Shown here piece by piece: positions 51,001-63,000 of a stretch of DNA of 64,000 bases; positions within the stretch are counted from its first letter, which is position 1, and every line of letters starts with the position of its first letter. The stretch spans positions 76,593 to 140,592 of the forward strand of contig CAYHBB010000040.1 in assembly GCA_964354795.1 (NCBI GenBank), read 5' to 3'. The stretch is from an uncultured Planctomycetales bacterium (lineage in GTDB: Bacteria; Omnitrophota; Gorgyraeia; Gygaellales; Profunditerraquicolaceae). The translations under genes and the position numbers were made by a program. The notes beneath the pieces were generated by a model, which worked only from the letters and a program-made list of their open reading frames with translations, ran no database searches and was not told where the DNA came from.

Positions 51001-54000
51001 CCCCCTTGCCACATTATCGATTTGATCAAGAAACCGGATAGAAGCGACGACTCTTTCATAGCGGTTCCTGACTCTTCCTTTCTCGTCTTTTGTCTCGGGG
51101 ACATCCTTGAGCTCATCCATAAAAAGCATTTCCTGCAGCCTTTGCCAAAGAAGCGAGATGCTCGGTTGCCGGATCTCAAATTCATCCCAGAGCCTGATAA
51201 AGTTCTCGCGCTCTACCTCTGTTATACTTGCGGTCGAACTTCTCAGGGCAACAAGCAACTTATCATCACGGACACTATTGCAAAGGATAGGATTGATTTC
51301 AAGAAGATACACTATCGCGTAAGAATAATTCCTGATAGCAAAAGTATATTTAAACTTATTTTCCGTTCCTGAGGAGAAGTAGGTGTCGCCCAGAGCCACG
51401 AACAGATCCGCGATCCTGCTGCGAATATCCTTTGGCCCGTATTCAAACCCCCCAAGGCATCCCAGGCGCCTCAGATATTCAACGGTTAAGGATACCTCCT
51501 TGCCTATCAAATTAGGCGTCTTGTCTATCGACATCCTCATGTCTGTGTATTCCCGCAGGAATGAAAGGTGGTCTCTGGCGATTCTAGAGGGCAATGTGGC
51601 CGTATTACTAAGAAGTGATTCCATCCTTTCATCACGAAAAATATACCGCATCTCGGAAATCAAAAGAAAGGCTTTGTGCACAAACTCATCACCATGATTA
51701 TCTTTAGACACCCCATTGCAATGCCGGCCTGATTTCTCCAGCCACAAAGCCAGGACCTGATGATAAATCTGCGATTCTATGATCAGCTCTTCCGCTTCGC
51801 TATAGTCGCCCTTATCTTTCCACAGGCAGCTATTCAGCAATAGCACTGCCTCACCCGCGCTTGCATCCGACCTGCAAGCGCTGAGAGCGGACGCATTTAC
51901 CTTAAACTCTAATCTCCATTTTGTTCCCGAAACGAAAAACTCTTTAACCAAGGGATTATTGCTAATGATCCTATCCAATATTTTCTTTATCGGAGCTGAC
52001 GCGATCTCGCTCATTGAGGCGTACGTCTTCGGCAAATCATCCCCAGACTGACCCTTAGGCAAAACCCTCCAGAAAGAATTATGCAAATTTCTTTCCACTT
52101 CTGCAGCGGGCCTTCCGTTTTCCGAATGGTCGGCTGCTGAAACGGCTGGAACAAGATATCTTGTATCGAGCGGCGGCTGGAATACCTGCGTATCAGCATC
52201 TTTCTGCGTGAAAGCCTGGAGAATCTCTTTTGCCCTGCTTTTTATCGAACTATAGAATTCCCCGCTAATAAACTGCGCATGCCGGGGATTCCTGTCTCCG
52301 TTATAATTTGCTAACCCTTCAGCGTAATCTACGCAGTCAGCCAGGTTTATCCCTCCGGCATACCCCTTATTCTTTGCCTCGGTACCGGAAGGCCTTATCT
52401 CGACCCATTTATCGCTGAAGGCCAAATAAGTACCATCGCCGACAAAAAGGATGTTCTCTAAGTTGCTAAAATTAAGCTCGCTAAACGCTTCCTGCAGAAT
52501 TGCCCGGGCGTCTTCAATGCCTATCATGCCAGCCCGCAACGCAAGGGTAATGCTTAAAAAATAAGTGTCATTTTTCGTCCTAATCCCTAGCCCCTCCCTT
52601 ATTTCGTCATCAAGCTTTTTCGAATCTTTCTCATTAGGATTATAATAGATAACGTCCGCTCGGTAATCAAACCTGGAAGTTATCCGGTTATCCTCATAGA
52701 TCTCTTCCAGATAATCGGAAAGCATTTTGTTGCGGCTTTCTGAGTATGCGGCGAGCGCTGCAGTGACAATCATGGCTTCTCCCGCAGACTTCTCTCTCAT
52801 AGCGATGGCGGACCTTCCATTGGTGCTCCTGATCAATTCCGCAGGCCCGAAGATCTCACCGCCGGATTCTTCGCCCGCAAAAAGCGCGCGCGGATTCTTT
52901 CCTATATTGATATTGTTTCCGTAAATATCGGTAATAATGACGTCCTCGCCTGGGCGCGTCCTGAGCTGAAATTCCGCCTTTCGCAATATCGAGGCAATTT
53001 CTTTGAAACCCACCGGAACCTCTACTACCGCAACCCCGTTCTTTTGCGCCCACTCAAGCCAGGTCCTGGAAGAAGGAGTGGTCTTTACCATAAACCAGTT
53101 GTATTTATTCCACAGGCCCGCATCTTCTAATGCTTTCTTTTGATAGGCAATAGTCAGCAAAAACGACTGGTTCGGCGTATATACAGCCAACACCCTGGAA
53201 TTGCCCATATCAATATATGCTATCCCTAAACGCTGCAAAGAAGCAATATTCTCGCTGGATTCGATTTGCGCGGTAACCAGCCTATCGCCGTCCGGGTCAG
53301 TCATCAACACCGTTGTTCCTACGGGGTAATCTTTGAGTAATTCGCTGTAGCCGGTCATTTGTACCACCGGCATGATCACCTGCTGTGTCTTTTTATCAAA
53401 TTTAGTCATCGCCAGATCGCACGACAAATCATAGAATTCGCGGTTTCCGTTCTTAGGGTTAGTATCAAGCTTGCCGACTCCGTGGAAGAAGGAATCTTCG
53501 GCAGTATGCAGCCACCTTATTTTATGGTCGATGCCCAGATGTCTGAATATTCCGGACATTGTCCGGTACATGCATCCGCCGACGCAATCGATGACTACGG
53601 GATCCCTCATCCCCTTTATCTTTTCGAGGTTTGCCGCAGTAGCAACGCCTCTTCTTAAATATTCGACGTAAAGCTGCATACCGTCTTCAAGCCGGGATAA
53701 TAGCCCGGTGTCGATCAGTGGATTATCTTTGGCCGCGATGGCGACCGTATAACTACCCTGCTCTTCGATTACCTTGAATATCCTCTCGATCTCCGCAACG
53801 AACTCCATGGATTCTTCGGGCAGGTACTGGCTGCCCTGATTATTTATGTCCTTGGTAGCGATAAAGGTGGCGATGGCGTGGCTGGCAGTTACGTATTCAG
53901 CGCCGATGAAATCAAGCATGAATGCCAGGAATGAGATCATCCAGATCGGCATGGTCTGATATCCTGCTACAGTATGTGTAGTTATGCCTTCATGCGCTTG

Positions 54001-57000
54001 TATTCTGGAAATCAATTCTACAAACGCGAGGGAATTATATCTTACTTCTGAAGCGGCTATCTTATGCAGTTCTACTGCGCTATATTTATTATTGGCGACC
54101 CTGGCCTTGGCCAAAGTAGCCAGGAGGATCGCGAAAAGATGCAAGGGGTATTGCGGGCGGGTGTCCTGCGGATAGACAATATTCTGGTTTCCGCGGATGC
54201 CGGCAGTAGATTTCTCCGCCTCATCCTTGTATTTCGTTAACCATCTTTTTAAGCCCAATCCTTCAGGATTATTCTTCTCATCAAAATCAGATAAATGCGC
54301 TTTGGTTAACGTAACCTTAAACTCACCGGGATTTGATAAATCTATCCGGGAATTATTCTTTACGTGCGCGGGAGTCCTCTCTTCTATGTCGAGCAACAAC
54401 TCCCGCTCTAAAGCGCGGGCCCTTTCATTATCAGAGCGGCCCGATACCACAACCATGCCCAACAGGCCAAGAAGGATAAATGATGTGGGATGAACCAATG
54501 CAGCTAAAGCAGCAATACTGAAGAAGAAAATAATGGGTAAGACAGAACGCAATACGAGAGCTGAAGGAGCATTAGTTTCAAGCCAGAATAAAACTCCGTT
54601 AGTAGAAACCGACAGGTCTTCATTAAAACGGTAGCTGTATACTTTGCCGGAGGTGTGCACTTGGATCGCGCGCGGTTTAGTAAGGCGTATATTTACGTTT
54701 ACAATATCGTTATCAGACAGGCCGAATCTTTCTTTGGCATCCTGCGTTACCAAGACTTTTAACCTTTCAATGCGCTTTTCATATTCCGTGATAAGACGGT
54801 CGATTGCAGCGTCATGTAATTTAGAAGTGACTCTGCCGGAGAATGTCGAATTATTATTTCCTTTAGCAGTCTCGTGCCAGACCGTTTCATATAAGCGCAT
54901 CCATGTTTTACTGAATCCAGCAGCCTTATTCGGCGCCGTATTCTTCAAGGCAAAGACCGCTGCTACTAAGAATAAGGCGACCGCCCCCATTACGATCAAT
55001 AGTTTATTGCTGATCTTCCCCGACGTTTTGGTTTGCCGGTTGTCAGCCGCCGAATCCCTGGCAAAAGAAACATCTCCCTTTTGATAAAGCATATAGGCGC
55101 CTTCGGTCAACTCATTATCTTTTAATTTCTCGGGCGAGGTATTGGTCTTAACCAGGCGCAAATAATCAAGGAAGCCCTTACTTGGCAAAGTCACATCCTG
55201 CATGTAAAGGTATCCGCCCTCTCTTGTGCAAGAAAAGATATTGCCGTAATACTTATCCGCGGATCCGTCCCTGGCGAGCTTCCCTCCCAGGCCGGGGAAT
55301 TTCACGATAGTAAGGTCGCTTGCTCCTTTTAAGAAATCAAGCGGCTGGGTGCAATCTTTACGATGGAAATGCACAGTGACTTTTCTCGCAAATAATCCGG
55401 ATCTATACCTAATCTCGACTTCTATTATATCTAGGGTAGGATATTTGTAGGTGAAAGAGTAATTGAAACTGTCGCCGGTGAAATTGGGGATATGGTTATG
55501 GAAGAACCCGGTAATAGTTTCCATTGAATACTGGTCTTCATTATCCACCAGATGCACATCTGTTACTGTCGGGATGTTCCTGATGATTTCATAAGGCAGG
55601 GAGTAGTCCCAGCCGCAGGCAAGATAAAGGATGGTTTTTACTTCGCCGTCCGGTATCAGCTTCCAGACAGCTTCCCGGGCGTTTGTTTTTTCCGGGCCTG
55701 CGCGGCTTTCCTTGCCGCGGCTCTCTGCAAATCTCCTGAACGCGCTAACAGCGCTGGCAATAATTCTGCGCAGGCCCCGGTAGAAATCTGCATCAAAGAG
55801 CATGCCAGGGAAAGAGTAGAGCTTTGAGGATAAGGGATTGCCTTCAGAAGGTAAAACAAACCTCAGGCGGACCTTTACATGCGCGCCTTCCTTTAATAAA
55901 GCGATGATTTCCTTTGGAGCTAAATTTTGCTGCCAGGCACCCTCCACTAAAGAAGCCTCTAACACCACCGCTTCTGTGTCTTTCAGGTAGCTGACCACGG
56001 AACTAAGCAAGGCTACTGTAGGATGGCTGAAATTTATGCTTGAGACCTTGCCTCTTAGTTCACCTATCATCCATTTAAAAACTCTGCTGCCCAGCCCCTG
56101 CCTCCTTGCTACCCGGCCGTATCCTATGGCCCTTCCAAAAATAAGAAGGTCAAAACTTGCTTCCCCTTCTTTGGCTCTGGGCAATACCAGGTCCAAATGC
56201 CCCATTTCCTTATAGTTTTCGGCTCTATTCTCCTGGCCCCTATTTGTATTAAGGTAAATATAATCAAAATAATGCGATGCGTTGCTGTCGGCAATGTCGG
56301 CCATATGCCTGTGGAGCTCAAGCTCCCCCTCTATTGAACAGACAATACTTATTTCCAGACCTCTGACATCTACCTTGGCCGGCCCCAGCTTAAACATAGC
56401 TATGTGCTCTTTTTTCCCGGATATTTTTCCCATCTTCTGATAAAGATTCCGCGCGTAGTGATGGGGAACATTTAATTTTTCTCTGAATGAAGATTTTTCG
56501 TCTTCCCAGACCAACATATTTATGACTTCAGGATATTGAGTCTCCAACCCCCTGTCGCTTACCATAATGCTGGCTAAAAGATATATTTCAAAACCTGAAT
56601 ACCTATCGGACCTGATCTTCTTGACCCAAATCTTTACTTTTAGCTCCGTTGACTCGGATAGATCATCGGAGAGAGGCAAGCTGCTGATAATACCCACATA
56701 GTCGTAATGAAGGGCGCAGTTGCAGCTACATTGATTGCCGTTGCCACCGAGGCTATCTTCGATAGCCAGGTCCATTAATATGCTGACGATCAGCTCTTTC
56801 CTTTCAGGGCCGCTATGCGTGAAGAATCTGGCTATTTGCCGGCCTTTATCAAAGACAAAATTGCCCATCCAGGCTTTCAGCCAATTCTTAACTATATCTT
56901 TCTCGATCTCCTTGCCCGCGCCTTTTAAATATCCGATCAATTCTTCATTGCCCATGATCCTTTCATTGCCCATTTTTATCGCTTCAAATTTATCGCGCAG

Positions 57001-60000
57001 CTCCTTGAGTGAACCGGTCAATTCCTCAACAGATACCCTTGTCTCTTGAGGAAGGTGTAAAACGTTACCAGGATGCTGCTCAAAAAAGACGATCATATCT
57101 GCGATATTTGCCAAGGCTTTGGCGGCATTCTGCACAAAAATAGGGTTTCCTCCGCGAGAAGCATTGACCACTATTTCAACTTGATTTGCCAACAAAGGCA
57201 TGATTTCTTTAATTGATCTAATGCCCCCGCTTATCTGGCTGTTAATGTTGCCTACTACATCCTCGTTTATCTGGCCGCTCATTTCCTTAAGGCAAGGGTC
57301 TCTTACTTTCTCAAACAGCTCCGCGATCTTCTCGTCTGTTTCCATGACATCAAAATCTGGATTATTTACCGCCATCCCCAATAGGCCTAACATAAGTAGC
57401 GATACAGGCTGGACAAAGACAGCTTGCCCTTCGGCAAGACTCAGGGCAAGCATGGCTCCGACGGCCAACATAAACACCCACTTTGAAAGCGCTTTCCTGA
57501 GATTTAAAAATAAAAGGCTACGGTAAGATCCGGGAGGAAGCGAATAGCAGCTCTCCTCCCAAGTCTTATTGGTAGATAAGATCGCGCTTATCAATAAGTA
57601 TTGACTTGACCTTGGCCATGAGGATATCCTTGAGTTCCTGGCTGGCCCGTAGCCAGACGCCGTCTGCGGTTTTCCCCCTGACTGTTCCGTCGGGCTCGAC
57701 AAGGAAACAAAATTCAGACCACCAGAGAGGATGTTTAACAAATACGAAGAGATTTTTTGTATCAGGCAAGATGCGGATGATTTCCAATTCCTGTAAATTG
57801 ACCATTTTGTTACCTCCTTATTATTTTTGGCCGCTGCCAAGGATTTAAGTAAAGCCCCGTTGCAAAACGACAAATCTTCCCCACCAGCCACGGAAGGTAG
57901 AAGATTGCCTTTTTCAATTCTTTGCAACGGAGCATGACAAGTCTTTAGCGCCCTGATTAATAAAAATCCTAAACCCGGTGTAAATAATCCGTAGAATCCT
58001 GAATCGCTCCTTAATGCGGCCTTGGCCTGGCCCGGAGCAGAAAACAGGATGAAACATCCGATAAATGTAAGGTTCGAGATGGCCTGGCCGGTCAATAACC
58101 AACCGAAGAGAATAAAGCCTAAAGCGCATGCCCTGCTTATCCCCAATGTTATCCGCGTAGCCATATAACTGCCGAGATGCAGCTTAGAAACCAAAACGGC
58201 TCTCAGTATCCTTCCCCCGTCTGTAGGAAATACAGGAAGAAGGTTCAGGGCCGCTAAAATCAAATTAATGTAGGCAATGCTGCTTAAGATCTGTGCCCAG
58301 CTGCTGACCCCTATAGTAAAGGTAAGGCCCCCGGGCACAAGCCAGAAACTGAGCGCGAACAATAACGGCGCCAGTAAGATATTCACCAATGGACCGGCAA
58401 ACGCGATGCTCATCTGCTCCCTGGGAGTGCGGCCAACCCCCTGCATGCGGGCGAATCCGCCGATGATCGTCAAGAGGACATCGTTGGTCCTGATATGGTA
58501 TTTGCGCGCCTTCAAGATATGCCCAAACTCATGCAAAGTCACTAAGCTGAATATGGCAGCGTAAAGAACCAGTCCCGGCAATCCCCATGCGTTAATCGCA
58601 AGGAACAGGCCCAGATAAAGGCTCCAGTGCGCTCTTACGGGGACTCCTTTTACGGTAAAGAGGGTGATATTCAATCTATCAAGAACACCATTCAAATTTC
58701 CATTCAGGGAAGCTGACAGCAGCGGAATCGGTAATCCTAGACAGGCAAAAGCAGCGCCCGAACAATCGCTCCTTAAACCTTCCAATAAATTCTTAAAGGC
58801 GCTTTCTTCGATATTACTCTTACCCATATCGTGCTCTATGTCTTCAGCAGTGGCCCGTTCATATTTTTCCCTGTTATCAGCCAGAGCAAACCCGTCCAGC
58901 TCATGGGTCCCCAGGACAGGGGAAAGCCTGTATTCCTGCGTCCTTATCACCGTAGGCCAGATATAAATGAAATCCCCCAGCATGGAAACTGAATGTTCAA
59001 TATTTTGAGATTGAAGCGCGGATACGCACTTCATAAAGGCGGATTTGAATCTTTCCGTGCCATCTGCCTTCATGCAGATCACAGATAAAGGATAATCAGT
59101 GAGTACATATACCTCGGCTCCCTGAGCCTCGAAGGCGGCTTTTCTGGCAGCGCTTTCCACGGGCAGAGAACAATCATAATAATTTGCCTGTATGTGCAGA
59201 TGGAAGACAGAAGCTAATTTCCCGGGATTTATGCCCAATTTTAATCTTGGGGAGCGGGATAATCTCCTTATTGCCAGCATTGTCTCAAGGGCCGCCTCGC
59301 TGACCTGCTGCGGAAATTCTTTTTCGGGCTCAGGAACGATTACAATGTGGTACTTAAAGGAAGCATTCTTATTGATATCTACAGCGATATGCCTTGCGTC
59401 TATCACTAAATCCAGGAGCCTCCTTACAGGGCCCTCTTCCTTCAGGAATTTATTAAAATTCTTATTGGGATCGAACTTTAAAACATCAATGTTAGAGCTG
59501 CTCTTTCCGGTATTGCGCGCCTTCTTCGCATTATCGTAATCTGCGCGTCCGGAATTGAACCTCATCATCCACCTGCCTACTTCCCTGGTCTCGGTAATGT
59601 AAGGGTCATACGCGAATACCCCGGGCTGATGCGCCCTTATATCCCAAAGCTCCTGAACCGTAGTATCAAAATCTAATACTCCCTCCACAATCAGCCTTCC
59701 CAGTATCCAGCTCGCCTGCCCTTGAGAAATTTCATCGATAGCCCTGATAAATTCCTTCTGCCAATCGCTCACTCTTTGCTCGGATTCACGAAAGACCATA
59801 TCCTGGTAAAGATTCAGGATTATCTGGGTCTTTAATTCCTCGCTCAGGACGCTGTTCTTTCTCAAGACTTCTTTGACCTGCGCTGCCTTGACTGCTTCTG
59901 AGGCCTCGCTAGGTTGCGCGCGATTGTCATTGAAACCATCAGGATTATTATTGTGCCACTCCCAGGCGCTTCTGATTATGTCTTTAATCCCCATTGTCGG

Positions 60001-63000
60001 GGTGATACCGAGCTCTTGCGTAGCTTTCGTGTGACTAATAACCAGCCTGTCAACTTCTCCCTCGGGTTTTCCTTCAATGATGATCTTTTGGGCGATATCG
60101 GGGCAGGACTGCGAAGCAATCTCGATCACCGCCTGCTGAATTTCCTTTATGCTGAATCCTGTGCCGCTTCCGAAGGCAAAGGTATCAGACCGGCCAGTTT
60201 CACATAAGCGCTCAAATGAAGCCGCGAACAAGCGCGCGACATCACCGACAAAAACAAAATCGCGGATAGGCGTGCCGTCTTTGGTAGCGGCCATTACACG
60301 CCGCCTTATCAGGGGATTCGCCTTAAGCTCAGGCTCGCTATAGATATGCCAATCGACATTGTTTCTTTTACCTAAAGCGACAAGGAGCAATCTGGGGATT
60401 ATATGGGTTTCGGGATCATGGTCTTCGCCGATATTCAAGCTTCCGCCTGCCACATTGGCATAGCGTAAAGTCACGTATTGTATGCCTTTTTGCCTGCTGT
60501 ATTCCTCTAGTACCTTTTCTACAAGGACTTTTGTCCTGTTGTAGGGATCTGAAGGTGAAACTTGTGAATGCTCATCAAAGGCTTCGTTTTCACTTAAGTT
60601 CGAGTCTCCATAAACAGCTCCGCTGGAGGCCTGGACGATATATTTGATCCCGTGCCTGGCCATGGCCTCAAGCAGCCTGATCTCATTGATCACATTGTTG
60701 TAATAATAATCCAGCGGCCTCTTTAATGATTCATAGCCCATGGTGTTGGCGGCAAGATTGAATACGGCGCATGGTTTATATTTCGCGATCACCTCTTCTA
60801 ACCTGGCAGTATCCGCTAAATCTCCCTCCTCGAATATCGCCTTGCTTTGCACGGCGGCTTTCTGGTGCCCCTTACGCAGATTATCAAAGACCACAACGCG
60901 ATAACCGCGGCTTATTAATTCCCTGATCACAAAACTCCCCACGTATCCTGCGCCGCCGACAACGAGCACAACGGCCTCGGGCTTATTTCTATTTTTAGTA
61001 AACTCTTGCATAAAAGCGCTGATCCTCTCGGCTACTATTTTTTGCGTTGCTTCGTCCTTGGCATAAATCCTCTTATAAAAGTCCTGGAACTCCCGGGAGA
61101 AGACAATTGGAATCCACCATTCCGGATGCTGGGTGTACCAAGAAACCACTTCCTGAACGCCATCTTTTAAGGAAATAACCGGCTGCCATCCTAATTTAGT
61201 GCGTATCTTGCTGTCATCCACAGGATACCAGGGGTCATGCCCGGGCCTGGGAGGAATAGCATAAATATACTCATCAAGGTCCTTTCTTTTGTTGGCAACG
61301 CCCATGGCTTGCAAAATCTGGTAGACCATCCAGAGATTACGTTTCTGATTTCTTCCCGCTATATTGTAAATTCCTCCGGGTTCTCCCCGATGGAGCACGG
61401 CGTCGATCGCCCGGGACATATCCCAAACAGAAAGCCAGTCTCTCTTACCCTCGCCCTTATTAAAGAGAGGGATCTTTAATCCCAGCATCTTATGGATGAT
61501 CGTAAAGGGCAGGAGTTTCTCCGGATATTGATAAGGGCCATAGTTGTTAGTCCCGCGGATCATCTTTGCCCCGAGGTTCCAGGCGTGGTTGAATACCTGG
61601 ACCATAAGGTCTGCTCCGGCCTTGGAAACGCCATAGGGGTTGCCGGGAGCAAATTTTGTATTTTCTTTGAAGCGCCTGCGCTGCTCCAGCCTCGCCCCGC
61701 CATAAACCTCATCGGTGGAAATGTGCAGCATCACCACTTCATTGCGGCCGGATTCTTTACGCGCCTTATTCTCATCACGCACTGTTTCCAGCATATTCAA
61801 TGTCCCGCCTACATTGCTGTCCACGAATGGCATCGCGCTATAATTTGACCTATCCACGTGGCTTTCTGCGGCAAAGTTGACTACAGCATCCACTCTTCTT
61901 ATCAGCGCCTGCACACATTCTCTGTCCCTTACATCCCCCTTCACGACTTCAAGCCTGGGGCCCAAATCCTTATCCCGCATGATATCCTCTAGGTTCTCCC
62001 ATCTGGCGGCATAGGTAAACTTATCCAGCACAATTACCCGGTAATTCGGGTGGACTGACAAGAAATAACGCACGAATACAGAACCGATGAATCCTGCTGC
62101 TCCGGTGACCAGAACCGTAGGCTTACCGCTGGTGTTGCCTATACAAAGATCGTCTTTGGGATGCCCGGGATTTTCCTTTACCGCACGGGGCACTGGATAG
62201 GCAGAGGCGAGACTAGAGATCCTCTGTTCATTGCTGGGAAGGCCCATATCTATCAGCATCGCGGTAAGGATTTCATTTATTAAAGAACGGGACAGGACCG
62301 GATCTGTGTCTATGCGGCTTTTTAATTCCTCCCACATCTCAATAGCCTCTTTTGATTGCGCTTGGACTTGAACATCCGCATAACCTTGCGGGTGGGTCTT
62401 ACGCCATAAATAGAAATGCCCAACCATATCCTGCAATCTATGGCGCGGCTTCCAACCAAGCAATTCAGTGGCCTTCCTGGGGGAGACCACGATTCTATCA
62501 ACGTCGAATCTTCTTTTTCCCTCAATAACGATGCGGCTGTCCACATCGCGATGTTCCGGCCTGGCAACTTCCCTGACCATAGATACTACTTCCTTAGCAG
62601 ATATGCCTTTTCCTGTCCCTAAATTGAAGGTGTCTGATCCTTTGCCATCCTCTAAATATCCCAAAGCCGCAAGATAAGCAGCCACGGCATCCTCTACATG
62701 CACATACTCTCTTATGGCTGTGCCGTCAGGAGTATTTGCCAGGCAGCGGTCAGGGTCTTGGGCAGACCATAAGACTCTTCTGGCGGCATCTTCCGCTACA
62801 GAAATCAACGTCGGAATCAGGTTCGTAGGCTGCAAAGTGTCCTCTCCCATGGAGCCATCCGCTAATGCTCCGGCGATATTTGCGCAGCGTAAAATTACAA
62901 ACTTAAAACCACAGTTTTCAGCATAGCTGCGGATAATCTGCTCACCTAAGTATTTTGTCCTTGCGTAGGGGCTGACAGGAAACACCTCGCTCGTCTCGCT

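Noticed and set aside
57880-57888. E. coli Chi octamer GCTGGTGG on the minus strand within the repeat core (also ~44.78 kb)
   Set aside because: Chi sequences are lineage-specific and nothing suggests an enterobacterium; probably coincidental.
57854-57946. Cobalamin riboswitch, SRP RNA or integron attC as the identity of the structured repeat
   Set aside because: GCCAC..GGAAGG only loosely resembles the B12 element, and the B12 box and GGGAA core are absent. The SRP domain IV motif and attC RYYYAAC/GTTRRRY ends are not present.
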